A stretch of DNA of 61,767 bases, the filler included. It is 5 parts of 5 records of this genome, joined end to end, with 100 filler letters (N's around TTAATTAATTAA, not from the genome) between each part and the next. Parts side by side here need not be neighbours in the genome. Positions count along the whole stretch, not along the records: positions 50,779 to 61,767 come from SRR31156797_917; 4 more parts are not named here. One strand, written 5' to 3'. Position numbers and translations under genes: made by a program. Below are positions 51,118 through 61,766 of this stretch, piece by piece. Below the pieces are notes generated by a model. The model did not search any database, was not told the DNA's origin, and worked only from the letters and a program-made list of their open reading frames with translations. Positions within the stretch are counted from its first letter, which is position 1. Every line of letters begins with the position of its first letter.

Positions 51118-52395
51118 ATGGAACGTCCGCTTTCCGGAATCCGGGTGATCGGCTTCGAGCAATACGTCGCCGCGCCCTACTGCAGCATGCTGATGGCCGA
51201 CGCCGGGGCCGAAGTCATCAAGATCGAACGGCTGGTCGACGGCGACCCGCGGCGTGTGGTGCCGCCGTTCGTCGAGAAGGACGGCGTTCGCAAGGCCGCC
51301 GGCTTCATGAGCTTCAACCGCAACAAAAAAAGCATCGCCATCGATCTGCGCAATCCCAAGGGCCAGGAGATCGTCCGCCGGCTGGTCGCCAAATCGGATG
51401 TGGTCGTCGAGAACCTGAAGCCCGGATCGATGGACAAGCTCGGCCTCGGTTACGAGGCGCTGCGCACTATCAATCCGCGGCTCATCGTCGCGCTGATCTC
51501 CGGGTTCGGGCGGATGCCGGGCTTTACCGGGCCGTATAGCGACCGCCCGGCCTTCGACATCGTCGGCGAGGCAATGAGCGGCGTCATGCACGTCGTCGGC
51601 TTTGCCGACAAGCCGCCGTCGCCGACCGTCTACGCCCTGGCCGACATGTGTGCCGGCCTGTTCGCCATGTCCGGCATCATGCAGGCGCTGTACATGCGCG
51701 AACGCACCGGCGAGGGGCAGTTGATCGACGCCTCGCTGGTCGACAGCATGCTGTCGCTGAACGAACGGATTATTTCGGAGTATTCGGTTGCCGGGCAATC
51801 CACCATGCGCGGCCGGTCCGTGAACATCCACCCGCGCGGCGCCTATCAGGCGAAGGACGGATACGTCGCCCTCAACACCCCGAACAACATCATCTGGGGC
51901 CGGCTCGCAAAGGCCATGGGCCGCGCCGACCTGATCGACGACGACCGCACCAAGACCGGTCCGTTGCGCTCCGAGAACGGGGATTTTGTCGATTCCGTCC
52001 TGAATGCCTGGCTGTCGACGAAAACCCGCGACGAAGCGGTCGATACGCTGAATGCCAAAGGGGTCCCGGCAGCAACGGTATTCACGTCCGAGGACATCTT
52101 CGCCGATCCCCATATCGCGGCCCGCGGCATGATCATGACGATCGACGATCCGGACGTCGGCCCGTTCCAGTTCGCGCGCAGCAGCCCGCATGTTTCCAGC
52201 AATCCCGTATTGCCCGCCGAGCCGGCCCCCAACCTGGGGCAGCACACGCGCCAGGTCCTCGAATACATCCTCGGCTACGACCGCCGGGATATCGACCGGC
52301 TGGTCGCGGAAAACGTCGTTCAGGCGGAAGAGGAGGCTCCCTCAGGCCGGACCGGGAAATCCGAAAGCAAGGAGCGGACCCCGGAAAAGGTCTAG
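51118..52395 (+). CDS. CaiB/BaiF family III CoA-transferase
   Basis: PLSGIRVI, GAEVIKIE, NRNKKSIAIDL, ENLKPG, PAFD, RERTGEGQ, APNLGQHT. Confidence 0.93.
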   Translation: MERPLSGIRVIGFEQYVAAPYCSMLMADAGAEVIKIERLVDGDPRRVVPPFVEKDGVRKAAGFMSFNRNKKSIAIDLRNPKGQEIVRRLVAKSDVVVENLKPGSMDKLGLGYEALRTINPRLIVALISGFGRMPGFTGPYSDRPAFDIVGEAMSGVMHVVGFADKPPSPTVYALADMCAGLFAMSGIMQALYMRERTGEGQLIDASLVDSMLSLNERIISEYSVAGQSTMRGRSVNIHPRGAYQAKDGYVALNTPNNIIWGRLAKAMGRADLIDDDRTKTGPLRSENGDFVDSVLNAWLSTKTRDEAVDTLNAKGVPAATVFTSEDIFADPHIAARGMIMTIDDPDVGPFQFARSSPHVSSNPVLPAEPAPNLGQHTRQVLEYILGYDRRDIDRLVAENVVQAEEEAPSGRTGKSESKERTPEKV

Positions 52396-52403
52396 GCGGC
52401 GGG

Positions 52404-52994
52404 TCATTTCGGGGCCAACGCGGCCAGTCCGACAACCGCCAGCATCGACAAAGCCATGGCGATGTTGATGCGCGACTGGATGTGCGCCGGCAGGTTGAGC
52501 CGGTGCAGCGTCACGCCGGCATACAGCCACAGAAAATGAATCGGAATCCAGATCGCGTTGAGGATGAGGAACTTGATCATCGTCTCGGTGATCAGGCTGT
52601 CGGGCCAGAACGCAAACCCGGTAAACAGCGCCGTGTTGACCGCGTAGGCTTTCGGATTGATCGCTTGCAGCGTAACGCCACCCCAGAATTCGGGCGGCTT
52701 CACCGCTTCGATAAAGGCGATCCTGGTGTCCGAAAAGGCAATGCGGGCTGCCAGAAAAAGCAGATATCCGGCCGATGCGATCAACAGACCGAGACGGATA
52801 TTGGCATCGGCCAGGGCAATCACGGCCACCCCCGAAACCACCGCCAGCGCGACCAGATTCGTTCCGACGAACAATCCGGCGATATAGCGGGTGCCGGGCT
52901 GTGGACCGAAAGCCGAACCGACCCCGGCGACGGACAGGACGCCGGGCCCGGGAGTGATGATGAGGAAAAAAACCGCAGCGGCGAAAGTCAGCAT
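52404..52994 (-). CDS. LysE/RhtB family exporter
   Basis: ITPGPG, YLLFLA, QAINPKA motifs, hydrophobic. Confidence 0.9.
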   Translation of the reverse strand: MLTFAAAVFFLIITPGPGVLSVAGVGSAFGPQPGTRYIAGLFVGTNLVALAVVSGVAVIALADANIRLGLLIASAGYLLFLAARIAFSDTRIAFIEAVKPPEFWGGVTLQAINPKAYAVNTALFTGFAFWPDSLITETMIKFLILNAIWIPIHFLWLYAGVTLHRLNLPAHIQSRINIAMALSMLAVVGLAALAPK

Positions 52995-53314
52995 GCCGTC
53001 TGGTAAGACGCGATCAGGCTGCCGTCAATCCCCTTCGCGATTGCGGCGCGAACGAAGCTGGGCATCCATGACCGGAGCCGCGGTATCGGTCAATGACTGA
53101 ACAAATATATGGATGGCCCGGTCGATTCGGGGACTGCGTGGCCATGGCATGGGAAACGGCGATAAAAAAAGGACGCGCGGGCGGCCATTGCCGCCTCCGT
53201 TCGTTCTTCCTTCCTCCGGAAGCCGGTCCGGTTAGCGCAAGAATAGGTGGGATTCTTTGTTAACAAACAATATGTTAGTGTCGAATCCGTAAAGGGTGGG
53301 TTTGGGACCGTTAC

Positions 53315-54220
53315 ATGGGCGACGAAACTGCTGCCATTCGATTTCTGATTGTCGACGACGACCCCGATTACGCGGCCTATCTCAGGGTCATGTGCGAAAC
53401 CTGTTTTGCCGGCTCGACGGCAGAAATCGCCGCCACCGCCGAGGACGCGATCCTGCGTCTCGGAAGCGGCAGTTTCGACGTCTGCATTCTCGACTATCTG
53501 TTGGAGGAAGCAACCGGGCTCGAGGTTCTCGAGAAGGTCGACACCACCTCCTTGCCAACCGCGTTTATCGTCCTGACCGCCCACGAGCGGCGCGACATCG
53601 CCCTGCACGCCCTGCGGTTGGGCGCCCTGGATTACCTGGGCAAGGACGGGATGGACAGGTTCTCGTTCGAACGCAGCATCACCTATTCGCTGTACCGGCG
53701 GCGCAAGGAAATGGACCTGGTTCGCATTGCCTTGCGCGACCCGTTGACCGGGCTCGGCAACCGAACGCTTTTTGCCGAACAGGTACAACTGCTGGCCGAA
53801 CAGGCGCGGCGGGAAAATTCAAAATTCGCGATCATCTATCTCGACGTCGACGATTTCAAACCGGTCAACGACCGTTACGGCCATCAGGTCGGGGACCAGG
53901 TACTGAAACACGTTGCCGAACGCATCGTCGAAAGGGTACGCGGCGGCGATGCCGTCGCCCGACTGGGCGGCGACGAGTTTGTCGTCATGCTGTCGCGAAT
54001 AAGGGATGCTTCGGCGGCCCAGACGGTTGCCGACGAACTGGTGAAAACCTTGAGCGAACCCTTCTCGATCGGCGACTATCCGATCCAGGTCGGCGCCAGC
54101 GTCGGATGCGCGATCTTCCCCGACGATTCCGACAGCATCGAGGAATTGATCGGCCTGGCGGACACCAGGATGTACAAAAGCAAGTCGGAATCCGGGGCGG
54201 CCCGAAGCGCCACCAACTGA
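53315..54220 (+). CDS. Response-regulator diguanylate cyclase (REC-GGDEF)
   Basis: VDDD..LD..LTAH..K receiver; DPLTGLGNR, DVDDFKPVNDRYGH..GD, I-site RGGD, intact GGDEF. Confidence 0.93.
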   Translation: MGDETAAIRFLIVDDDPDYAAYLRVMCETCFAGSTAEIAATAEDAILRLGSGSFDVCILDYLLEEATGLEVLEKVDTTSLPTAFIVLTAHERRDIALHALRLGALDYLGKDGMDRFSFERSITYSLYRRRKEMDLVRIALRDPLTGLGNRTLFAEQVQLLAEQARRENSKFAIIYLDVDDFKPVNDRYGHQVGDQVLKHVAERIVERVRGGDAVARLGGDEFVVMLSRIRDASAAQTVADELVKTLSEPFSIGDYPIQVGASVGCAIFPDDSDSIEELIGLADTRMYKSKSESGAARSATN

Positions 54221-54306
54221 TCGCATGCCCGGCACCGCCGGGAACGACCCGGTTTCGATGAAGGATCGCGCAAACGCCGTGGTTTCAGCCGCCGGGGGAG
54301 GCAATC

Positions 54307-55155
54307 GTGACGATGGAAAATCCAGCCACCGATTTAGCCGCGCCGGAGTTCGGCTTCTGCACCTGGATATTCGGCAGTCTGCCTTTGCCGGATGTCGCCG
54401 CCAGGGCATCGTCCCTGGGCTTCACGGCGGTGGAACTGCTGGGCGATGTCGAGGGCTACGATGCGAAATCGGCCAGACAGGTCTTCGCGGATCAAGGCAT
54501 CGGAATCCGGTCGCTGACCCCGACCGATGCCGATATCTCGCACCCCGACAATGGCATCCGCCGGCAGGCCTTGGACTATTACCGCCGGCTGGCCGATTTT
54601 ACCGCCGAGACCGGATCGCCGGTTTTTGCTTGCCACGGATTGGTCGGCCGCATCGCTCCCCTGTCCTCGCAGGAAGAAGAGGACGATCTGCTGGTCGATT
54701 CGGTCAGCCAAATCGCCGATATTGCCGCCGAAATCGGCGCCGGAGTCGTTTTTGAAGTTCTCAACCGCTACGAGTCCCACCAGATCAACAGCTGCGCGCA
54801 GGGGCTTGATCTGCTGTCGCGCACCGGCAAACCGAACCTTTCCCTGCTTCTCGACTCCTATCACATGAACATCGAGGAATCATCGCCGGCTGCGGCGATC
54901 CGCCAGGCAGGCGCCGGTCTCGGCCTGTACCATGCGGCCGATTCGCAGCGCGGCGCGATCGGCAGCGGTCATACCGATTTCGCCGGTCAGGTCGGGGCCT
55001 TGAAAGCAATCGGCTATGACGGCCCGATCGTCTTCGAGATGACGGCCGCCGGCCCCAACCCCTTTACGCCGGAAAAGAACGGCGATTTTCGCAGCGCCGT
55101 CACCGCCATGCTGGAAGACAGCAGGAACGAATTCTCGCGTCTTTGGCGGAACTAG
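54307..55155 (+). CDS. Sugar phosphate isomerase/epimerase, D-psicose/D-tagatose 3-epimerase-like
   Basis: FEVLNRYE, LDSYHMNIEE, YHAADSQRG, GYDG..VFE metal-binding set. Confidence 0.85.
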   Translation: MTMENPATDLAAPEFGFCTWIFGSLPLPDVAARASSLGFTAVELLGDVEGYDAKSARQVFADQGIGIRSLTPTDADISHPDNGIRRQALDYYRRLADFTAETGSPVFACHGLVGRIAPLSSQEEEDDLLVDSVSQIADIAAEIGAGVVFEVLNRYESHQINSCAQGLDLLSRTGKPNLSLLLDSYHMNIEESSPAAAIRQAGAGLGLYHAADSQRGAIGSGHTDFAGQVGALKAIGYDGPIVFEMTAAGPNPFTPEKNGDFRSAVTAMLEDSRNEFSRLWRN

Positions 55156-55170
55156 TCCGGTCTCGGGTCT

Positions 55171-55956
55171 TCAGACCGTCCCGCCCAATTCGGCCGAGAG
55201 CGCCTCCAGTTCCTGGCCGCCGGCCATCAGCGTCTGAAGATCGTCGATCGAGATTTCGTCCTTGCGGAAGTTGCCGATGGTCTGGCCGCGCTTGAGAATG
55301 GTGAAGCGGTCGCCGACCGCATAGGCATGGCGCACGTTATGGGTGATCAGAATGACGCCGAGGCCTTTTTTTCGCACCATGTCGACGTATTTCAGCACGG
55401 TCGAGGTCTGGCGAACGCCCAACGCCGAGGTCGGTTCGTCGAGGATCAGAAGCTTGGCCCCGAAGAACACGGCCCGGGCAATGGCGACCGTTTGCCGTTC
55501 GCCGCCCGACAAGGTACCGACGGCCTGATCGGGATCTCGGATATCGATGCCGATCTTCATCATCTCGTCGCGGGTGATCTTATCGGCATACTTGAAGTCG
55601 ATGAACTTGAAAGGTCCGATCTTCTTCTGGGGCTCCCGGCCCATGAAGAAATTTCGGGTAATCGACATCAGCGGGATGGTGGCGAGATCCTGATACACCG
55701 TCGAGATGCCCCACTCCTGCGCCTGGCGCGGGTTGTCGAAGTCGATGAGCTCGCCGTCGAAGCGCATCTCGCCGCTGGTCGCCCTGTGAACGCCGGACAG
55801 CACCTTGATCAGGGTCGATTTGCCGGCACCGTTGTCGCCCAGAAGTCCGAGCACCTCGCCCGGATTGACGGTAATCGAGACATCGTTCAAGGCGATGACC
55901 TTGCCGAAGTGCTTGCTGACATTGCGGACTTCGATGAGGGGTGCATGATCGGCCAT
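55171..55956 (-). CDS. Sugar (inositol-type) ABC transporter ATP-binding protein
   Basis: [22 protein letters not shown]. Confidence 0.93.
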   Translation of the reverse strand: MADHAPLIEVRNVSKHFGKVIALNDVSITVNPGEVLGLLGDNGAGKSTLIKVLSGVHRATSGEMRFDGELIDFDNPRQAQEWGISTVYQDLATIPLMSITRNFFMGREPQKKIGPFKFIDFKYADKITRDEMMKIGIDIRDPDQAVGTLSGGERQTVAIARAVFFGAKLLILDEPTSALGVRQTSTVLKYVDMVRKKGLGVILITHNVRHAYAVGDRFTILKRGQTIGNFRKDEISIDDLQTLMAGGQELEALSAELGGTV

Positions 55957-55957
55957 C

Positions 55958-57088
55958 TTACTTCTCCCCCGTAATCATCTTGCGGATGAAATTATTGAAG
56001 ATAACGGCGATCAGCAGAATAAAGCCGAGGAACACCCGGAACAGCGACGATTCGACGCCCGCGAAAAACAGGCCCTGCTGGACGACGCCGAAGATCAACG
56101 CGCCAAGGGCGGCGCCGATGACCGACCCGTAGCCGCCGGTCAGCAACGCCCCGCCGATGACCACCGAGATGATCGCCTCGAATTCCTTCAGAAGGCCGCG
56201 GTCGGCCGATGCCGAACCAAATTCCATCACCTGGCATGTGGCGAAAACGGTGGCGCAGAAGGCGGTCAGCATGAACAGCGAAATCTTCACCTTGTTGGCC
56301 GGGACGCCGGCATAGCGCGCCGCCTGGGCATCGCCGCCGGAAGCAAAAATCCAGTTCCCGTAGCGGGTTCGCTGCAGGACGATATGGCCGACGATAACGA
56401 GGCCGATCGCCCACAGCATCAAGGCCGGGATTCCCTTAACCACGGGCGATCCGTCGACGTACTTGCCGATGATGCCGGCTTCCGCCAGCCAGATGAAAAA
56501 ACCGTCGCCGATGGTGCTGCCGAAAATGGGCGCCAGCCAGTCGCCGGCCGCCACCTTCTTGACACCGCCGATGATGGTCTTGCGGGTGAACAGGATGGAC
56601 AGCCAGATCGTCAGGCCGCGCAGAATGAAAAGAAAGGCCAAGGTCACGATGAAAGACGGCAGTCCGGTCCGGATGACCAGATAGCCGTTCAGCCAGCCGA
56701 TGCTCATCGCCACCACGAAGGCGAAGATGATGCTGATCCAGACCGGCCACCCCAGGTGAACCGACGTGATCGCGATGACGATGCCGGAAAAACCGATCAT
56801 CGATCCGACCGACAGGTCGAACTCGCCGGCGATCATCAACATGCAGGCCCCGACGGCGATAATCGCGAACTGGGCGGAAACGACGCCCCAGTTCATGACG
56901 CCGTCGATCGCGAACATGCCCGAATCGCGCGCAATCGAAAAAAACAGAATAAAAACGAGAATCGAGCCACACATGGCACCGAGTTCGGGACGGATCAGCG
57001 CCTGGTGCAGTCGCGACATTTCCTTGACGCGTTCATCCTTTTGCGGGGCGTCACCTCCCGGTGCCGGGGCGGTTGTAGCGTCCGACAT
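55958..57088 (-). CDS. Sugar (inositol-type) ABC transporter permease
   Basis: [39 protein letters not shown]. Confidence 0.92.
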   Translation of the reverse strand: MSDATTAPAPGGDAPQKDERVKEMSRLHQALIRPELGAMCGSILVFILFFSIARDSGMFAIDGVMNWGVVSAQFAIIAVGACMLMIAGEFDLSVGSMIGFSGIVIAITSVHLGWPVWISIIFAFVVAMSIGWLNGYLVIRTGLPSFIVTLAFLFILRGLTIWLSILFTRKTIIGGVKKVAAGDWLAPIFGSTIGDGFFIWLAEAGIIGKYVDGSPVVKGIPALMLWAIGLVIVGHIVLQRTRYGNWIFASGGDAQAARYAGVPANKVKISLFMLTAFCATVFATCQVMEFGSASADRGLLKEFEAIISVVIGGALLTGGYGSVIGAALGALIFGVVQQGLFFAGVESSLFRVFLGFILLIAVIFNNFIRKMITGEK

Positions 57089-57205
57089 GATGTCCTCCGT
57101 TGTCAGGTCAGGCCCCTTTTGCGGGTGCTCTGGCAGGCTGCTGACCCCAACCGTAACACCGGTCGCGGATTACCGGTATCCGATTCTGATGTCCTGAAAA
57201 AGGGA

Positions 57206-57232
57206 GCGGTGGCGCGATCATCGCGCCACCGC
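57206..57232 (-). terminator. Hairpin after substrate-binding gene (mRNA stabiliser or attenuator)
   Basis: GCGGTGGCGCGA-TCA-TCGCGCCACCGC. Confidence 0.65.
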
Positions 57233-57247
57233 GTTGTCAAACGCTGC

Positions 57248-58198
57248 TTACCGGTATTCGCCGGCCAACTTCTCAACCATGGAAATATTGGCCTTGGTGA
57301 TGAAGCCGGGACCCGAGTTGATGTGGTTGCTGGGCACCACGCCGTAACGGGCCAGGTTGGTCAGGATCACGACCGGCAGATAGCCCTGAAGGTAGGGTTG
57401 CTGATCGATGGCGGCATCGATTGTGCCTGCCTTGATGCCGGCCGCGATTTCACCGGAAAGATCGAAGGAAATAAAGTTGATCTTGCCGGCTTGGCCGATC
57501 TCCGACAGGGCTGCCAGGGTCGGGTGTGCGGACAACGGGCCCAGGGTCAGGATGCCGTTGGTATCCGGATTGGCGCGCAGATGCGCGATCACCTTGTTCT
57601 TGACCTCTCCCGGATCCTGGCCGGAATCGATCATCTGTTTGCCGAGATCGACGCCCAGCGCGTCGGCATAACCCTGGCACCGTTCGATCGAAGCCGGGTT
57701 GGTGATGTAGTGGTTGACGCACAGGAACTTGGTGACACCATTTCCCTTGGCCCGCTTGCCGGCGCCCATGCCGGCGTCGTATTCCGGCTGCCCGACATGC
57801 AACAGCGCACCGAGCTTTTCGGATTGGGCCAGAGTCCCGGAATTGATGGTAATCAGCGGAATTCCCTTGCGGGTAACTTTTTCGAGCGGGCCTTGCAGAA
57901 CATCGAAGTCGGCGATCGTAACGATGACGCCGTTCGGATTCGATGCCGCAGCCTGTTCGACGATCCGGGCCATGTCGGCGAGATCGCCGGTCGGCGGATT
58001 GCGGTATTCGACTTCAACGTTCATTTGCCCGGCGGCGACTTTGATGGCGTTCTTGATGGTGTTCCACCAAGAATCCGAGTCGGGGGCATGACTAACGAGA
58101 ACAAAACGCTCGCCATCGGCGCGAGCTACGTCGGCTCCTGCTAGACCGAATGCCACGGCACCAATTGCCACGGCTGACAGGATCTTGCTGAGTTTCAT
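57248..58198 (-). CDS. Sugar (inositol-type) ABC transporter periplasmic binding protein
   Basis: Signal peptide; SHAPDSDSWWNTIKN, HVGQPEY, IDQQPYLQGY, SGPGF. Confidence 0.9.
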   Translation of the reverse strand: MKLSKILSAVAIGAVAFGLAGADVARADGERFVLVSHAPDSDSWWNTIKNAIKVAAGQMNVEVEYRNPPTGDLADMARIVEQAAASNPNGVIVTIADFDVLQGPLEKVTRKGIPLITINSGTLAQSEKLGALLHVGQPEYDAGMGAGKRAKGNGVTKFLCVNHYITNPASIERCQGYADALGVDLGKQMIDSGQDPGEVKNKVIAHLRANPDTNGILTLGPLSAHPTLAALSEIGQAGKINFISFDLSGEIAAGIKAGTIDAAIDQQPYLQGYLPVVILTNLARYGVVPSNHINSGPGFITKANISMVEKLAGEYR

Positions 58199-58346
58199 GA
58201 AAAACCTCTCCTGTTGTGCGGACAACCCGCGATCTCGAGGTATTCCCGGAACCTCCGTTGTTTTTTATTGTTCCCTCACTCGTTACGAGGAAGGGGAGCT
58301 TTTCGACGATCGGCTCCGAACCCCACTAACTCCTTATGCACGAAAC

Positions 58347-58417
58347 GGAAAAATCCGTTTACATGCTGGGTTAGTATAAAAATTTTTTTTTGGTGCCACA
58401 ATGGAAAATTTGTTCTA
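58347..58417. promoter_or_regulatory. IolR-like operator(s) in divergent promoter region
   Basis: GGAAAATTTGTTCTA (58403-58417) is 2 mismatches from the alphaproteobacterial IolR motif GGAANATNCGTTCCA; weaker copy at 58347-58362. Confidence 0.55.
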
Positions 58418-58568
58418 AATTAATTGCGGTTTGGTTGTCCTTTCCAGGGGATTCAACCATAGACACCGAAACAGAACCGTTCGGCCGAAGCCATCTCCCG
58501 TAAAATGGGCCCGCGGCCGCGGTCCATAAGGAACTCCGGAACATCGAACCCGGGAAAGGGAGGAAACC

Positions 58569-59699
58569 GTGAAGGAAATCGGAATCGGATTGATCGGTAC
58601 GGGCTGGATGGGCCGCTGCCACGCCGCCGCCTATAACGGGGTTGCGGCCATTTTCGACCCGTCCCTCAGGCCCCGCCTTGAATGTGTCTGCGACATTGCG
58701 CCCGGCATGGCGGAAAAAACCGCCAAGGACTTCGGTTTCCCGAGATGGACGAACGATTGGCGCGACCTGATCGCCGACCCGGCCATCGACGTGGTATCGA
58801 TTACCGCGCCGAACGGCCTGCACAAGGAAATGGCGGTGGCGGCAGGGGCGGCCGGCAAAGCCATCTATTGCGAAAAACCGATGGCCCTGACCCTGGCCGA
58901 TGCCGAGGAAATGGCCGCCGCCATCCGCCAGGCCGGGGTCAAGACGCTGGTCGGGTACAACTACGTCCAGAGCCCGCCGGTTTTTCATGCGCGCAAGCTG
59001 ATCGACGACGGCGCCATCGGTAACATCAAGTATTTCCGCGGCATCTACGACGAGGATTACATGGCCGATCCGGCCCTGCCCTATACTTGGCGCTGCCGGG
59101 TCGCCGACGCCGGCACCGGTACGCTCGGCGACATGGCCTGCCATTTGATCAGCAACGCCCACTATCTGGTCGGGCCGATCGCGTCGGTCTGCGCCGACAT
59201 CGAAACCATCCACAAGCAGCGCCCGGACCCGGAAAACCCCGGCAAGACAGGCACCGTCGAGAACGAGGATTTGGCCCACGCGCTGCTTCGGTTCGAAAAC
59301 GGCATCCCCGGCAACCTGGCATCAAGCCGCGTCGCCTGGGGCCGCAAATGCGGGCTCGAATGGGAAATCACAGGTGATGCGGGGACGATCGCCTTCGATC
59401 AGGAACGCATGAACGAGTTGCGCATCTACCGTACCGACGGCCCGCCGGCGGAACGCGGTTTTACGACGATTTTGAGCGGGCCTTTGCATCCGCCCTATCA
59501 GAAGTTCTGTCCGGCCCCCGGTCACGGGCTGGGTTTCAACGACTTGAAGGTGATCGAGGTCGCCCACCTGTTGCGCGGCCTTGCCGGCGAAGAGGACCTG
59601 TTCCCGGATTTCGATGCCGCGCTCAAAATAGAGCATGTCGTGCACGGCATCGTCGCGTCTGCAAAACAAAAAAAATGGCTGGACGTCAGCGGCAAATAG
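58569..59699 (+). CDS. Gfo/Idh/MocA oxidoreductase (inositol dehydrogenase-like)
   Basis: GTGWMG Rossmann, CEKP, VGYNY, D..CH, FDQERMNEL, PAPGHGLGFNDLK. Confidence 0.9.
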   Translation: MKEIGIGLIGTGWMGRCHAAAYNGVAAIFDPSLRPRLECVCDIAPGMAEKTAKDFGFPRWTNDWRDLIADPAIDVVSITAPNGLHKEMAVAAGAAGKAIYCEKPMALTLADAEEMAAAIRQAGVKTLVGYNYVQSPPVFHARKLIDDGAIGNIKYFRGIYDEDYMADPALPYTWRCRVADAGTGTLGDMACHLISNAHYLVGPIASVCADIETIHKQRPDPENPGKTGTVENEDLAHALLRFENGIPGNLASSRVAWGRKCGLEWEITGDAGTIAFDQERMNELRIYRTDGPPAERGFTTILSGPLHPPYQKFCPAPGHGLGFNDLKVIEVAHLLRGLAGEEDLFPDFDAALKIEHVVHGIVASAKQKKWLDVSGK

Positions 59700-59728
59700 G
59701 CAGGCACACAGGATTTTTGGCGAATTCG

Positions 59729-59760
59729 AAAGGGGCCGCATTTCGCGGCTCCTTTTTTTT
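59729..59760 (+). terminator. Rho-independent terminator
   Basis: AAAGGGGCCGC-ATTTC-GCGGCTCC-T8. Confidence 0.85.
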
Positions 59761-59857
59761 CCGTTCGTGTTGCGCCGCGCCATGGCCGCCGCGTACAGTC
59801 ATCGACCATTCAGCCGGCGGTGATTTGCCGAATCCCCGCCAAACCGGAGAGACAAGC

Positions 59858-60556
59858 ATGATCGAGGAACCCCCAATTCTGACCATCCGACGCCAGTTTC
59901 CGCGCCCGACGACCGAAGACCTTGCCGACATCGGAACGGCTTCGACCGGTTTTCTGGCCGATGCCATGGGCGGACGGGGCGCCCTCGACCACCGCATCAA
60001 GCCGGTGTGCGGCGCCGGCGAACTGCCGCAGAAATTCTGCGGGCCGGCGATGACCTGCTTTTGCGGGCCGGCCGACATCATGGCCGAAATCGCCGCCATC
60101 GAACTGGCGCAGCCGGGCGACGTCGTCATCATCGGCACCGATGCCTTCGAAGGAACGGCGGTGATCGGCGATCTGCTGATGGGGATTTGCCGCAACCGCG
60201 GGCTCGTCGCCCTGGTCACCGACGGTCTGGTCCGCGATGTCGACGGGATCGCCGAAGTCGGACTGCCGGTTTTTGCACGCGGCGTTTCGCCGAACTCGCC
60301 GACCTGCGCCGGTCCGGGCACCGTCGGCCTGCCGATTTCGTTGGGCGGCGCCAACATCGGCCCCGGCGACGTCGTCGTCGGCGACCGCGACGGTGTCGTC
60401 ATCGTCGCCTTCGACAGGATTGCCGAAGTCCGGGCTTCGCTGGCAGCCGTCAGGGCCGCCGAAGAGGCACTGGAAAAGCGGGTCAAGGACGGCCTGGAAC
60501 GCCTCGACATGGTCAAGGACATCATGGAATCGGACCGCATCCGCTGGCTCGACTAG
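59858..60556 (+). CDS. RraA family / HMG-CHA aldolase-like protein
   Basis: ADAMGG.GAL, GPAMT, GDVVII, IGDL, DGLVRD, PGDVVVGDRDGVV; start MIEEPP after GGAGA. Confidence 0.88.
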   Translation: MIEEPPILTIRRQFPRPTTEDLADIGTASTGFLADAMGGRGALDHRIKPVCGAGELPQKFCGPAMTCFCGPADIMAEIAAIELAQPGDVVIIGTDAFEGTAVIGDLLMGICRNRGLVALVTDGLVRDVDGIAEVGLPVFARGVSPNSPTCAGPGTVGLPISLGGANIGPGDVVVGDRDGVVIVAFDRIAEVRASLAAVRAAEEALEKRVKDGLERLDMVKDIMESDRIRWLD

Positions 60557-60629
60557 GAACCGGCGGCTTGGTCCATCTCAAGGCAATTGCCCTGGGATCG
60601 CCCGGGGCCGGGACCCGCGGGCCGGAAGT

Positions 60630-60782
60630 TTAGCGACGAACCGCCTGTCGGGCGATTTCGGGGATTTTCCACACGGCGATTCCAAGATCGTCGAGCTCAC
60701 GCCGGTCGAGGGACGACAGGGCGTGGCAGGTGCGGCGGTATTCCATCCAATCGTGGATGCGGGCTTTCAGGGATTCGAACAT
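60630..60782 (-). CDS. DUF1127 small protein
   Basis: W..YRRT..ALS.L..RELDDLGI motif; GGAG RBS. Confidence 0.85.
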   Translation of the reverse strand: MFESLKARIHDWMEYRRTCHALSSLDRRELDDLGIAVWKIPEIARQAVRR

Positions 60783-61019
60783 TTTCTTGTTATCTCCAAA
60801 CGTTTTGTCCGGAGGCCGGTTTATCCGGCGCGTGACGGGTCGTACCTTACGACCGGCCGATTTTTTTGAGAATTGCAATTATTGCAAGGCTGGCCCCAGC
60901 AATACGCGCCTCTGCCTCGCCGCCATCAAACGGGGCGGGCCGACATCCACGCGTTGGCCCGCCCCATTCGCGATAAATCCTTGCTGCGGGCCTTGCCGCC
61001 GGGGTTTCCCCGGTCGCGG

Positions 61020-61766
61020 CTAGCCGTCAACGCCGTGCGGCCAGACCATCGACTTCAGCACCCCGTCGGTCCGGTTCGATTGAAGTTCGAAGGCGTCCTT
61101 GGTTTCTTCCAGCGGGAAACTGTGCGTGACCATGCCGTCGAGGTCGACCAGCCCGCGTGCGGCCAGGCGAATGCAGGTCGGATAGACATGGCCCATGCGC
61201 CGCACCAGTTTCACCGTCGCCCCCTTTCGCCGAAGCTCGAAGGGTTGAAGGACATACTGGCCGCCATCGGGAATGCCGGCCAGGATGATGCGCCCGCCCA
61301 GCCGGATGGCGTTGGCCGCCTGTTCGTAAGCACCGCCGTCGTTGGTCGCCTCAAGCACAAGATCGACACCGCGGCCATCGGTCCATTCTGCGATCGCCTC
61401 GTGGCTGGCGGCGGCCTTGTCGGCGCCGAATTTAAGCGCCGCCTCGGCCCGGTACGGCAACGGGTCGATGGCGTAAATATTGTCGGCGCCGCGGGCCCGC
61501 GCCAACTGGATAAGGCCGAGCCCGATCGGACCGCAACCGAGAACGGCAACCGTTTCCATCAGTTTGATCTTCGACAGGCCGATGGCATGAACCGCGATCC
61601 CCAAGGGTTCCATCATCGCCGCGGCTACCGGCGAAATGCCTTCGGGAACAGGGAATATGGCTTCGGCCGGCGCCGTCACGTATTCGGTCAGCGCGCCGTG
61701 ATTGGGGGTGCCGCCGCGAAAGACCATATTCATGCACAGGTTCGGATGACCACCGCGGCACCGTTC
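61020..61766 (-). CDS. Zn-dependent (sorbitol/L-iditol-type) dehydrogenase, 5' truncated
   Basis: ERCRGGHPNLC structural-Zn segment, EPLGIAVHA, GCGPIG, GRGVD, THSFPLE. Confidence 0.88.
   Translation of the reverse strand, partial: ERCRGGHPNLCMNMVFRGGTPNHGALTEYVTAPAEAIFPVPEGISPVAAAMMEPLGIAVHAIGLSKIKLMETVAVLGCGPIGLGLIQLARARGADNIYAIDPLPYRAEAALKFGADKAAASHEAIAEWTDGRGVDLVLEATNDGGAYEQAANAIRLGGRIILAGIPDGGQYVLQPFELRRKGATVKLVRRMGHVYPTCIRLAARGLVDLDGMVTHSFPLEETKDAFELQSNRTDGVLKSMVWPHGVDG

Noticed and set aside
56384-58144. 586-aa plus-strand ORF (also 50731-52245 minus, 51648-53006 plus, 58371-59279 minus, 59686-60540 minus)
   Set aside because: Shadow ORFs of GC-rich genes; the overlapping frames encode clearly recognisable families.
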